Source: Candidatus Limnocylindria bacterium (GTDB lineage Bacteria; Chloroflexota; Limnocylindria; P2-11E). Taken from it: DNA of 64,000 nucleotides. This document shows positions 55,658 through 64,000 of this stretch, one piece after another. A program made the position numbers and the translations under genes. Below the pieces are notes generated by a model. That model was not told the origin of the DNA. It was given only the letters and a program-made list of their open reading frames with translations, and made no database searches. Every line of letters begins with the position of its first letter. Within the stretch, counting starts at the first letter, position 1. The DNA lies in contig JBBQVQ010000005.1 in the NCBI GenBank assembly GCA_038211425.1, forward strand, positions 13,991 to 77,990, read 5' to 3'.

Positions 55658-57270
55658 GCGAAGCGAACCTCGTCCTCTTTGCGATCCTTGGCGGTACCGC
55701 GCTCCTGCTCTACGGCGTGCGGCTGGTCGGCGAAGGTCTCCAGCGGGCCGCCGGGACGCGTCTTCGGCACATCCTCTCGACCCTGACGGGCGATCGCTTC
55801 AAGGCGCTCGCCGTTGGCGCGGGCGTGACGGCCGTCCTGCAGTCCTCCAGTGCGACGACCGTCATGCTCGTGGGCTTCGCCTCGGTCGGGCTGCTGACCC
55901 TGCGGCAGACCATCGGGGTCATCCTCGGCGCCGACATCGGCACCACGGTCACGGTGCAGCTTCTGGCATTCAACCTCCTGGCGCTCGCGCCGCTGGTGGT
56001 GTTCGCCGGTTGGGCGCTCCTTGCGGGCGGTCGAGGGACGGTCCGCTATGTCGGCCAGGCGATCCTCGGCTTCGGCTTCCTCTTCCTGGGCATGCGCATC
56101 ATCGCCGAGGGAACGCAGCCGCTGCAGCAGAGCGCGCTGTTCAGCGAGTTCTTTCGCGCGCTCGTCGGGCAGCCGCTCATCCTCTTCCTACTGTCCGCCC
56201 TCTTCACCGCAGTGGTGCGCTCCAGCGCTGCCACGCTCGGCCTCGCGCTCTCCCTCGCGACGAACGGCCTGATCTCGCTCGACGGGGCCATCCCGATCAT
56301 CTTCGGCGCGAACGTCGGGACGGCGGCCACGGCGCTGGTCGCCTCGGTCGGCGCGAACGCCGAGGCGAGGCGGGTGGCGGCGGCGCACGGCATGTTCAAG
56401 CTTGCCGGCGTGCTCATCTTCATACCGTTCATCGCCCCGTTCGTGGACCTCGTGCGCGGGACCGGCCCTGACATTCAGCGGCAGATCGCCAACGCGCACT
56501 CCCTTTTTAACGTCATCGTGGCTCTCGTCTTCCTACCTTTCGCCGATCCGATCGCCGATCTCTTCACCCGTCTGATCCGGAGCGGTCGCCAGACGGACGT
56601 GGGGGCCATCTATCTCAACCCGCAGGTGCTCGATACGCCTGCCGTCGCACTCGGGCAGGCGATGCGCGAGGTCATGCGCATGGCCGACCTCGTCCTGCGC
56701 TCGCTCCAGGAGACCATCGTCGTGTTCGATCGGGATGACGAGTCGCTGATGAGGGAGCTCATCCGGCGGGATGACCAGATCGATCGCCTCGAGGAAGACA
56801 TCAAGCAGTACGTCACGAAGCTGCGCGAGCAGTCGCTCACACGCGAGCAGTCGGAGCGCGAGACGGGGCTGATCTTCATCGTCGCCGATCTCGAGGCGAT
56901 CGGTGACGTCATCGACAAGAACCTCATGGAGCTGGCGCAAAAGAAGATCCGAGGCCATCACCGCTTCAGCGAGGCGGGCTCGCGCGAGATCCGCGAGCTG
57001 CACGCGAAGGTCGTCGAGAACCTCGAGCTCGTCATCGGAGCCCTGGCCACCCAGGACCGTGAGGTCGCCGAGAAGGTCATCCGCCACAAGAACAAGATCA
57101 GCGCGCTCGAGCGCCAGTACCGCCAGTCGCACATCCACCGCCTGCACGCGGGCCTCCCGGAATCGATCGACACCTCCAGCATCCACCTCGACGTGCTATC
57201 TGGCCTTCAGCGCGTGAACTCGCTCGCCACCAACATCGCTTATGCGGTCCTCGGCCAACACGTCGCTTAA
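55654..57270 (+). CDS. Na+/phosphate cotransporter family protein (NptA/YjbB type) with a C-terminal PhoU-like domain
   Basis: TTGA overlap with the previous gene. LLLYGVRLVGEGLQRAAG..LQSSSATTVMLVGF..GADIGTTVT, with the second repeat VRSSAATLGLALSL..GANVGTAATA. The PhoU-like tail reads DDQIDRLEEDIKQYV..VADLEAIGD. Confidence 0.88.
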   Translation: MSEANLVLFAILGGTALLLYGVRLVGEGLQRAAGTRLRHILSTLTGDRFKALAVGAGVTAVLQSSSATTVMLVGFASVGLLTLRQTIGVILGADIGTTVTVQLLAFNLLALAPLVVFAGWALLAGGRGTVRYVGQAILGFGFLFLGMRIIAEGTQPLQQSALFSEFFRALVGQPLILFLLSALFTAVVRSSAATLGLALSLATNGLISLDGAIPIIFGANVGTAATALVASVGANAEARRVAAAHGMFKLAGVLIFIPFIAPFVDLVRGTGPDIQRQIANAHSLFNVIVALVFLPFADPIADLFTRLIRSGRQTDVGAIYLNPQVLDTPAVALGQAMREVMRMADLVLRSLQETIVVFDRDDESLMRELIRRDDQIDRLEEDIKQYVTKLREQSLTREQSERETGLIFIVADLEAIGDVIDKNLMELAQKKIRGHHRFSEAGSREIRELHAKVVENLELVIGALATQDREVAEKVIRHKNKISALERQYRQSHIHRLHAGLPESIDTSSIHLDVLSGLQRVNSLATNIAYAVLGQHVA

Positions 57271-58033
57271 GGCGCCCGGGAGGGCCTTCGTCGGCACCTC
57301 GGGCTGGGCGTACGCCAGTTGGAAGCCGAAGTTCTATCCGGCCGATGTGAGACCGTCGGCCTTCCTGACGCATTACGCGAAGCGCCTCCAGACCGTCGAG
57401 GTGAATTACACCTTCAACCATCTTCCGACGGAGCAGACGGCCGCGAAGTGGCTCGCGCACACGCCGGACGACTTCATCTTCGCGTTGAAGGCGTCCCAGC
57501 GCATTACGCACTTCGACAGGCTCAGGAACCCGGCGGAGACTCTCCCTCGCTTCCTCGACAGCGCGCGTCTCCTCGGTAGGCGACTCGGGCCCATCCTCAT
57601 TCAGACGCCGCCGTCGTTTCAGCGCGACGATGACCTGCTCGCGGGGTTCCTTGGCGAGCTCCCCCCGGACGTCCCGTTCGCGGTCGAGTTCCGTCATCAG
57701 TCGTGGTACGCGCGGGAGACGCTCGAGCTCCTCGACCTGCGCGGCGTGCCGCTCGTCCACGCCGAGGGTGAACGAGCGCCCTCACCGCTCGACACGATCG
57801 CCGCGACGGGTACCTTCGCGTACGTCCGACTGCGGGCGGCCGCCGGCTACGGCGACGCCGCGATCGCCGCATGGACCAAGCGCCTTGCCGCGGTGCTCGC
57901 CGGTGGCCGCGACGTGTACGCATATTTACGCCACGACGACGACGGCGCGAACGGGCTCGCGGCGCTTGCCCTGCGCGAAGCGCTGAGTGGATCCTCCGCC
58001 TCGCCGAGCGGCGAAGTGCCGCGCATTTCCTAA
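57242..58033 (+). CDS. DUF72 (YecE)-family protein
   Basis: FVGTSGWAYASWKPKFYP..FLTHYAKRLQTVEVNYTFNHLP...W...TPDDFIFALKASQRITH..ILIQTPPSF..FAVEFRHQSW. ATG 57242 overlaps the upstream gene by 29 nt, so the start is uncertain. Confidence 0.82.
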   Translation: MRSSANTSLKAPGRAFVGTSGWAYASWKPKFYPADVRPSAFLTHYAKRLQTVEVNYTFNHLPTEQTAAKWLAHTPDDFIFALKASQRITHFDRLRNPAETLPRFLDSARLLGRRLGPILIQTPPSFQRDDDLLAGFLGELPPDVPFAVEFRHQSWYARETLELLDLRGVPLVHAEGERAPSPLDTIAATGTFAYVRLRAAAGYGDAAIAAWTKRLAAVLAGGRDVYAYLRHDDDGANGLAALALREALSGSSASPSGEVPRIS

Positions 58034-59220
58034 CCGATCAGCGCCGGCGCCTCCGCGATCGCGGCCCGCGGCGGCGGTTTCGGGACCCGGGTCATGAGCA
58101 GGGCGGCGGCGACCGCGAGGATCGCGCTGGTGTAGAGGACGGTGTCGAGGCCTGTCCGCTCGGCGAGTGCGGCCATCGGCGCGATCGCCAGTCCGCCGAG
58201 CCCGATGGACAGCCCCAGCATCAGGCCGCTGACCATGCCGAGGTTGCCGGGCATGCTCTCCTGGCCGCGGACGGCGAGAACGACGAATGAGCCGTTGAGC
58301 AGCAGTCCGCTGACGATCGCCGCCAACCAAAAGCCGGCATCCACATGCGGCTGAAGCGCGAGCGCAACGCACGCGGGTCCGCCGGCGAGAAGTCCCGCGA
58401 CGACGACCTTATCCCTACCGATCCGGTCGGCGACCGCGCCGCCCACGAGTCCGCCCACAGCGCCCGCGAGCAGGAATGACGTGAGGAGGCGCGACGACGT
58501 CACGACATCGGCACCGCGGGCCACCGCGATGATTGGCAGGAACGAGGCAACGAGCGTCGACGCCCACGAACGCGCCGCGGCCACTCCGATGAGCGGTGCG
58601 AGCATCCGCCGATTGCGCGCGAGGACCGAGCGCAGTGGCAGCTGCGCACGGCCATGCGCCGAGACCGTCCACGCCGGACCAAGCCGCCAAACGATCAGGG
58701 ACATCGCCAGGGCGGGTAAGGCCAGGAGCCAGGTCCCACCCAGCCCGATCGAGGCGAGCATCAAGCCGACGGCGAGCGGCCCGATGGGCAGGCCAAAGTT
58801 CCCGGCGCTGATGTAGAGGCTCATCCAGCGGCCGCGCGCGGCGTCCGGCACCGTGCGCGCGACGAGTGCCGCGCTGACCGGGTGAAAGAGCGCGGTGCCG
58901 AGTCCTCCCGCAAGGAGCGCGAGCGCGACCCACCCGAACGAGGGCGCGAGTCCGAGGCTACCTGCCGCCAGCCCAGAGCAGGCCACCCCCGTCCACGCCA
59001 TCCACCGCGTGTTCGTGCCGCGATCCGCGATGTGTCCGAAGAGCGGCTGCGCGAACGAGGACGACGCTTGATAGATCGTGACGAGGAGTCCCGCGAGTCC
59101 GAGCGTCAGGCCGAGCCGTGTCAGCAGGAGTGGGAGCAGCGCGGGCAGCATGAACGCGTAGGAGTCATTCACCATGTGGGCGAGGGCCATGAAAACGACC
59201 GATACGGGACGGTTACGCAC
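58030..59220 (-). CDS. MFS-superfamily transporter
   Basis: 396 aa with about 12 TM segments and the MFS loop motif GHIADRGTNTRWM (G-x-x-x-D-R-x-G-x-R-like) between TM2 and TM3. Confidence 0.82.
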   Translation of the reverse strand: MRNRPVSVVFMALAHMVNDSYAFMLPALLPLLLTRLGLTLGLAGLLVTIYQASSSFAQPLFGHIADRGTNTRWMAWTGVACSGLAAGSLGLAPSFGWVALALLAGGLGTALFHPVSAALVARTVPDAARGRWMSLYISAGNFGLPIGPLAVGLMLASIGLGGTWLLALPALAMSLIVWRLGPAWTVSAHGRAQLPLRSVLARNRRMLAPLIGVAAARSWASTLVASFLPIIAVARGADVVTSSRLLTSFLLAGAVGGLVGGAVADRIGRDKVVVAGLLAGGPACVALALQPHVDAGFWLAAIVSGLLLNGSFVVLAVRGQESMPGNLGMVSGLMLGLSIGLGGLAIAPMAALAERTGLDTVLYTSAILAVAAALLMTRVPKPPPRAAIAEAPALIG

Positions 59221-59223
59221 GCG

Positions 59224-60807
59224 TCAGTTCGACGGAATGCTCCAGCCGAGAGGCACGACGTGGATCCACGTCTGGCCGGGAGAAAGGAGCACGATCTCGC
59301 CGTAGCGGCTGGTGAACCGGAAGGCATCGGTGTTCGCCGCCCGCGACCACGTCCCATCCTGGCGTCGCCCGTCGCGGAAGATGGATGCCGGTCCGCTGCC
59401 GGTCAGACGCATGTCGAGGCCCAGCGAGCCGAGCGAGTCCTCGACGATGTTGGTCGTCCATACATCCGTCTGAATCACCACGACGTTCCTTGCAGCGATC
59501 GGCCGGCGTCCGTAGGCGTCGATCTCTCGCGCGAGCGTTCCGCCGCCGTCGTTCTGCCAGCGCGCGTAGGTCGCCGTCGCCGCGTCGTAGCGGTAGCGGA
59601 CCTCGTTGTTGTGCTGATAGGGGATGGTGATCGTGTTCGCGAAGCCCGAGCCGTACATGCCGCCCGCCCAGCTCACGTGGTTCGGAAAGTCGAGGATCTC
59701 CCAGTTCGGGATCGCGACCGCTCCGCCGCCTCCTGCGGCGTTCGTCGCCTGCCGCAGCGCGTCCGAAGACGTGAACATGTCATAGGGAGACGAGCGCGGG
59801 TTACCCGAGCTGTCGCGATTCGACCGGTAGTAGGCGCTCGACGACCACGAATAATTGGCATTCAGGTCGATGTATCTGCCGGCGCCGGCGTCCGCTCGGA
59901 TGAGGTCGGTCTCGTAGTCCGTCGCGCCGGAATACGCGAGCGCGCCACGGACCATCGGGGTGATGTAGCGGTCGACCAGCCGTGCGGAACGCACCGAGCC
60001 GATGACCGGCGGATCCTTGGAGTGGAAGATCGCCTCGTATCGGGTGATCCCTGCCTCGACCAAGGTCTCGAACACGACGTCCGCGAGGCTCGTGCCGGAA
60101 TGAGGTCGAGCCGCCGGCGCGTTGTCGATCCGCACGTTGAGCGCGCGGCGGCCCACAGGACCGCTCCCGATGGCGCCACCGGCCAGAGGCCAGCAGCCGC
60201 CGCACGAGGGCCGCTGGCTCCAGCCCGGCGGACTTCCGTCCGGATTGAGGACCGTGAGCACCCAGTAGACGCCGTAGTCCTCCATCCACTGGGCGCCCTC
60301 GATGACCGGACGCAGCGCCATCACGTAGACGCCAGGCGACGTGGGTGCCTGGACGGTGAACTGGAACCAGGCGATCTGTCCGGGGCCCACGTACGCGGAC
60401 GGCTGCTGCGCGATCCGATTCGCGCTCGGCCATCCGACGGCGACGCCGCCGAGTGGTGTCGGCTGGTCCGCACCCGGCTCGGGTCCCCACGTGCCGAGGT
60501 ACGCGGCCTCTCCCATCCGCGACTGCACCCAGCCCTGGCTGCCGGTGTTGTGGTACGCGACCGTCGCCACCGACCGGCCGCCCGGGCAGAGGGTCATGTA
60601 GCCGCTCTGGCCGAACCACTGCGCGTGAAAGCCGGGTAGCCCGCCTGGGCTCTTTGCGGGGGCCGGTATACCCGGACCGACGCTCGAGGTGCACGTGGCC
60701 GCGGCGGCCGGCGTAGCGGTCGGGATCGCGCCCGAGACCGCGGCCGCGGTCGCCACGGCGACCGCCGCCATCCATGCGAGCGCTGTGCGTGACGCTCGCG
60801 AGCTCAT
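59224..60807 (-). CDS. secreted DUF3048-domain protein with an additional N-terminal Cys-containing beta-rich module
   Basis: Signal MSSRASRTALAWMAAVAVATAAA. The DUF3048 core is NVRIDNAPAARPHSGTSLADVVFETLVEAGITRYEAIFH..SVRSARLVD. ATGA overlap with the upstream paralogue. Confidence 0.8.
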   Translation of the reverse strand: MSSRASRTALAWMAAVAVATAAAVSGAIPTATPAAAATCTSSVGPGIPAPAKSPGGLPGFHAQWFGQSGYMTLCPGGRSVATVAYHNTGSQGWVQSRMGEAAYLGTWGPEPGADQPTPLGGVAVGWPSANRIAQQPSAYVGPGQIAWFQFTVQAPTSPGVYVMALRPVIEGAQWMEDYGVYWVLTVLNPDGSPPGWSQRPSCGGCWPLAGGAIGSGPVGRRALNVRIDNAPAARPHSGTSLADVVFETLVEAGITRYEAIFHSKDPPVIGSVRSARLVDRYITPMVRGALAYSGATDYETDLIRADAGAGRYIDLNANYSWSSSAYYRSNRDSSGNPRSSPYDMFTSSDALRQATNAAGGGGAVAIPNWEILDFPNHVSWAGGMYGSGFANTITIPYQHNNEVRYRYDAATATYARWQNDGGGTLAREIDAYGRRPIAARNVVVIQTDVWTTNIVEDSLGSLGLDMRLTGSGPASIFRDGRRQDGTWSRAANTDAFRFTSRYGEIVLLSPGQTWIHVVPLGWSIPSN

Positions 60808-61979
60808 GGGATGCTCGTCACGGTCCAGCCTGGGTACACGAAGTGGATCCACGACTGCCCGGGCTCGAGCGCGATCGCTTCTCCGTTCTGGTCGAAGAAG
60901 GTGAACATATCGAGCGCGCCGTCCCGCTTCCATGTCCCGTCCTGGCGGCGGCCGTCACGGAACACCGAAGCGGCGCCGCCGCCGGTCATGCGGTAGTCCA
61001 GGCCGAGCGATCCGTAAATGTCCTCGACGACCGAGGTGTTCCAGATGTTCGTCCACATCACGATCACGTTGCGCGCGAGTATGGGCACATTCCCGTCGGG
61101 GTCCACCGTGGGCACCCCGTTCTGGCTGCGGCGGTACCCCTTCGACCCCTCGTCCCAGGTGAACGTCGATGGCGAGTTCTCGAAGGGGATGGTCACCTTC
61201 GTCGCCTGACCGGAGCCGATGAAGCCGCCGGCAGTCGCCAAGTGGTCAAGCGACGGCAGGAAAGCCAGCGCCGGCACGTCGACCGGCGCGCCGCCCCCGA
61301 CGCGTTCGACCGCGTCGCGCGCGGCGCCGGTCGAGGTGAACAGGTTGTTCGGTCCCGCCCGGAAGGCGACGCGGTAGTACGTCCCGCCGGCTCGGACCTC
61401 GTCGACGCTGAACATGTTGCCGGCGGCTATCGAGCGGGTCACGCCATCGGTCTCTTCCCTGGAGGCGCCGGAAGCGACGAGCGCCCCCCGAAGCATCTGC
61501 GTGATGTGCAGGTCGCTCCAGCGGTAGCTGCGGACGGGTCCGACCGCCTCCGCTTCCCTCGATTGAAACACCGCCGCGTATCGCGTCACCCCGCCCTCAA
61601 CGATGAGCTCGAAGACGAGGTCGGCCCGCGAGAGCCCGAACTGTGGCCGCGCGGCGGGCTCGTTGGGCAGCCGGACGTTCAGCGGCCTGCGGCGGGTGGC
61701 GGCGCGGTCCTCGGCCGTGAGCCCCGTCAGCGGCCATACCGCGCGCGGAGCAGCGGCGAGGACCCCCGCCGGGGGAGCGGCCGACGCGGGAGCGGCCGAC
61801 GCGGGAACGGGTGACACGGCGGCGCCTGGGGCGACGCCAGCCGACGCCGACGCCACGCGTGCGTCCGCCGGCGCGATCGTCCCCGCTGGCGCACACGCCG
61901 CCGGGAGCAGCGACGCCAGCGCCACCACTGTGAGCAGCCGCAGGAACCTGCTTGTCATGGGAACGAGCGAGCGTACCAT
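60804..61979 (-). CDS. DUF3048-domain lipoprotein (YerB-like)
   Basis: Lipobox LLPAAC-A. NVRLPNEPAARPQFGLSRADLVFELIVEGGVTRYAAVFQ..PVRSYRWSD. The C-terminal pattern is shared with 59224..60807 (..GQ.WIH.V..GW...S). Confidence 0.82.
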   Translation of the reverse strand: MVRSLVPMTSRFLRLLTVVALASLLPAACAPAGTIAPADARVASASAGVAPGAAVSPVPASAAPASAAPPAGVLAAAPRAVWPLTGLTAEDRAATRRRPLNVRLPNEPAARPQFGLSRADLVFELIVEGGVTRYAAVFQSREAEAVGPVRSYRWSDLHITQMLRGALVASGASREETDGVTRSIAAGNMFSVDEVRAGGTYYRVAFRAGPNNLFTSTGAARDAVERVGGGAPVDVPALAFLPSLDHLATAGGFIGSGQATKVTIPFENSPSTFTWDEGSKGYRRSQNGVPTVDPDGNVPILARNVIVMWTNIWNTSVVEDIYGSLGLDYRMTGGGAASVFRDGRRQDGTWKRDGALDMFTFFDQNGEAIALEPGQSWIHFVYPGWTVTSIP

Positions 61980-62016
61980 CTCCCTACACGCGATTCAGCA
62001 AGTGGAGGACCAACCG

Positions 62017-62454
62017 ATGGCAACCGCAGTCGTCCCCGCCGCTGCGGCCCTGGACCGGCCGAAGGCCGGATTCTGGGTCCGCACGGGCGCCTACCTCATC
62101 GACGCGATCCTCCTGGGCGTCGTCAGCTACGTCCTCGGGGGCTTGGTCGGAGGCAACAGCAGCGGGACCATCAACCTGGTCCTCGGCCTGGTGTACTTCC
62201 TGTACTTCTGGTCGGCCGCCGGCAACGGCCAGACCCTCGGCATGCGCGCACTCAACCTCCAGGTGGTCAAGACCGACGGCTCGCCTCTTCCGCTCCAGAC
62301 CGCGGTCATCCGCTACCTCGGCCTCTTCGTGTCGTTCGTGGTCATCCTCATCGGAGTGATCTGGGTCGCCTTCGACGCGGACAAGCAGGGATGGCACGAC
62401 AAGATCGCGGGCACTTACGTCGTCAAGGGTGCCAGGAAGGCGAACGCCGGCTAG
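62017..62454 (+). CDS. RDD-family membrane protein
   Basis: SD GTGGAGGA then ATG 62017. AGFWVRTGAYLIDAILLGVV..GQTLGMRALNLQVV..DGSPL....IRYLG..DADKQGWHDKIAGTYVV. Confidence 0.85.
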   Translation: MATAVVPAAAALDRPKAGFWVRTGAYLIDAILLGVVSYVLGGLVGGNSSGTINLVLGLVYFLYFWSAAGNGQTLGMRALNLQVVKTDGSPLPLQTAVIRYLGLFVSFVVILIGVIWVAFDADKQGWHDKIAGTYVVKGARKANAG

Positions 62455-62488
62455 GTCCCAATTTCGGAGTAAAGCCGCGGGCGCGGCT

Positions 62489-63358
62489 CTACCCCCGCAG
62501 CGCCTCGCGGACCAGACGAGGGATATCGCTGGGCGCGACCGCCACCGTTACCCCGGCCGACTCGAAGGCCGCGACCTTCGACGCGGCCGTCCCCGAGTTG
62601 CCCGACACGATCGCGCCCGCGTGGCCCATTCGCTTTCCCGGCGGTGCCGAGCGCCCCGCGATGAACGCGACCGCGGGCTTCTTGCCGTAGGCTCGCAGGT
62701 ACTCCGCGGCGCGCTCCTCGGCGCTGCCCCCGATCTCGCCAACGATGACGATGGCCTCCGTGTCGGGATCCTCGTTCAGGTAGCGGACCGCGTCCGGGGT
62801 GGGGAGACCGATGACGGGATCCCCGCCGATCCCGATGCACGTCGATTGGCCGAGGCCGTCGCGCGTCAGCAGATCGGCGATCTCGTACGTCAGCGTCCCG
62901 CTGCGGGAGACGAAGCCCACTCCGCCGGGCGAGAAATTCTCGGCCGGCATGATCCCGATCTTGCATTCCCCGGGCGTGATGGCCCCGGGGCAGTTCGGTC
63001 CGATGAGCACGCTCGCGCTGGTCTCCAGGACGGCCGCGATGCGCAGCATGTCATGCACCGCGATGTTCTCGGTGATCGCCACGATGAGCCCGAGCTCGGA
63101 GTCGAGGGCTTCGAGGATCGCGTCCGCCGCCCCGATGGCGGGCACGAAGATGATCGTCGCATTCGCCTCCGTCGCGTCGACCGCGCGCGCCACGGTGTCG
63201 AACATCGGGATGCCGTCGGTCGTCGTCCCGCCCGCGCCAGGCTTCGTCGCGCCGACGACCTTAGTCCCGTACTCGCGCATCCGCGCCGCGTGGAAGCGGC
63301 CCTCGCGGCCGAGCCCCTGGACGATCACGCGCGTCCGGTGCCCGAGGAGGACGCTCAC
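62489..63358 (-). CDS. sucD: succinyl-CoA synthetase, alpha subunit
   Basis: TRVIVQGLGREGRFHA..GGTT..GIPMFDTV..PNCPGAITPGECKIGIMP..VGFVSRSGTLTYE..GIGGDP..GHAGAIV. GTGA overlap with the sucC stop. Confidence 0.95.
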   Translation of the reverse strand: MSVLLGHRTRVIVQGLGREGRFHAARMREYGTKVVGATKPGAGGTTTDGIPMFDTVARAVDATEANATIIFVPAIGAADAILEALDSELGLIVAITENIAVHDMLRIAAVLETSASVLIGPNCPGAITPGECKIGIMPAENFSPGGVGFVSRSGTLTYEIADLLTRDGLGQSTCIGIGGDPVIGLPTPDAVRYLNEDPDTEAIVIVGEIGGSAEERAAEYLRAYGKKPAVAFIAGRSAPPGKRMGHAGAIVSGNSGTAASKVAAFESAGVTVAVAPSDIPRLVREALRG

Positions 63359-64000
63359 GTCGCGGCTACCGCGCGGGCCAGTCGGACGGCCTCCGTCGCG
63401 GCCTCGTCCATGGTCGCGCGCGACACCAGTGGCGCGCCCTCGAGCAGCCGGCGGCCCGCCTCGGCCTCGGTGCCGGAGAGCCGAATGACCAGTGGCACGC
63501 GCGTCGGCTCGGCGGCGAGCACGGACAAGATCCCCTTCGCGACCTCGTCGCCGCGCGTGATCCCGCCGAAGATGTTGATGAACACGCTTCGTACCCGCGG
63601 ATTGGCCAGGACGATCTCCAGGGCCGAGCGCACGACGGCCTCGCGGGCCCCCCCGCCGACGTCCAGGAAGTTCGCCGCCCGCCCGCCTGCGTTCCCGACG
63701 GCGTCGAGCGTGCTCATCACGAGGCCGGCCCCGTTGCCGATGATCCCAACGTCGCCTTCGAGCTGCACGTAGCTGAAGCCCAGCGCCTTCGCGCGCTCCT
63801 CGATCTCCTCGTCGGGCGCGATCTCCTTCATTTTCGCGACCTCGGCCTGTCGATACAGCGCGTTGTCGTCGACCTCGAGCTTCGCGTCGCCCGCCAGCAG
63901 AGAGCCGTCGTCCTGGATGAACAGCGGGTTGATCTCGAGCAGCATCGCGTCGCGATCGGCGTACACCCAGTACAGGCGCTGCGCCGTGTCGGCGATCGCC
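63355..64000 (-). CDS. sucC: succinyl-CoA synthetase, beta subunit (C-terminal part; the gene continues beyond the window edge)
   Basis: LEINPL..DAKLEVDDNALYR..EERAKALGFSYVQLEGDVGIIGNGAGLVMSTLD..GGRAANFLDVGGGA..INIFGGITR. The frame is open to base 64000. Confidence 0.93.
   Translation of the reverse strand, partial: AIADTAQRLYWVYADRDAMLLEINPLFIQDDGSLLAGDAKLEVDDNALYRQAEVAKMKEIAPDEEIEERAKALGFSYVQLEGDVGIIGNGAGLVMSTLDAVGNAGGRAANFLDVGGGAREAVVRSALEIVLANPRVRSVFINIFGGITRGDEVAKGILSVLAAEPTRVPLVIRLSGTEAEAGRRLLEGAPLVSRATMDEAATEAVRLARAVAAT

Overview
This is a very GC-rich chromosomal segment (by eye about 70 % G+C, not computed) with roughly 65 protein-coding genes on both strands. I found no rRNA, tRNA, CRISPR array, transposase or integrase.

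The content is mostly housekeeping, arranged in short translationally coupled operons with many 1-8 nt stop/start overlaps. In map order:
- a tandem pair of GT-C-like membrane proteins
- a cytoplasmic DegS-like kinase, a LuxR-type regulator and a pseudo-kinase
- small ORF-hpt-spoIID
- an anchored cupredoxin
- rsmG, a hisA-like gene and a metallophosphoesterase
- two tandem KimA-type K+ transporters, then a USP and two RCK/TrkA genes
- a heat-shock block: hspR-hsp20-lon-cbpA-clpB, followed by an M28 peptidase
- dtd, polX, acyP, purH
- an MshA-like GT4 with a PIG-L deacetylase
- glycerate kinase, terC, glpX
- an XRE-TPR regulator of visibly lower G+C
- fchA-folD, divergent from a SAM-I riboswitch that precedes a split metE pair and an M20 peptidase
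- a DEAD-box helicase, an M50/CBS protease, moeA-moaC-moaB
- rho plus a degenerate GGDEF protein
- an LLM-UbiA fusion gene with a CPBP protease
- a small decayed islet (toxin remnant and alpha/beta-hydrolase pseudogene)
- citrate synthase, a Na/Pi cotransporter, DUF72, MFS, two DUF3048 paralogues, RDD, sucDC

Most noteworthy observations:
1. Five genes have conserved N-termini that extend upstream of the first ATG/GTG/TTG. They appear to start at CTG or ATA, each with a Shine-Dalgarno at proper spacing, and three sit in CTGA/ATAG stop-start overlaps.
2. KimA-type transporters are physically linked to orphan RCK gating proteins and a USP.
3. The two-component trio has an Asp-to-Glu receiver and an ATPase-dead kinase paralogue.
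4. The low-GC XRE-TPR gene has a perfect internal SD-ATG that would yield a 26-aa hydrophobic peptide from its own 3' end.
5. A luciferase-like oxidoreductase is fused to a MenA/UbiA prenyltransferase, sits next to a CPBP protease, and is preceded by a 2 x ~113-bp tandem duplication.

The taxon cannot be assigned from sequence alone. HspR, the MshA/MshB-like pair, apparent leaderless GTG starts and the kimA+trkA linkage would fit a deep Actinomycetota-, Chloroflexota- or Dormibacterota-like lineage, but this is inference only.
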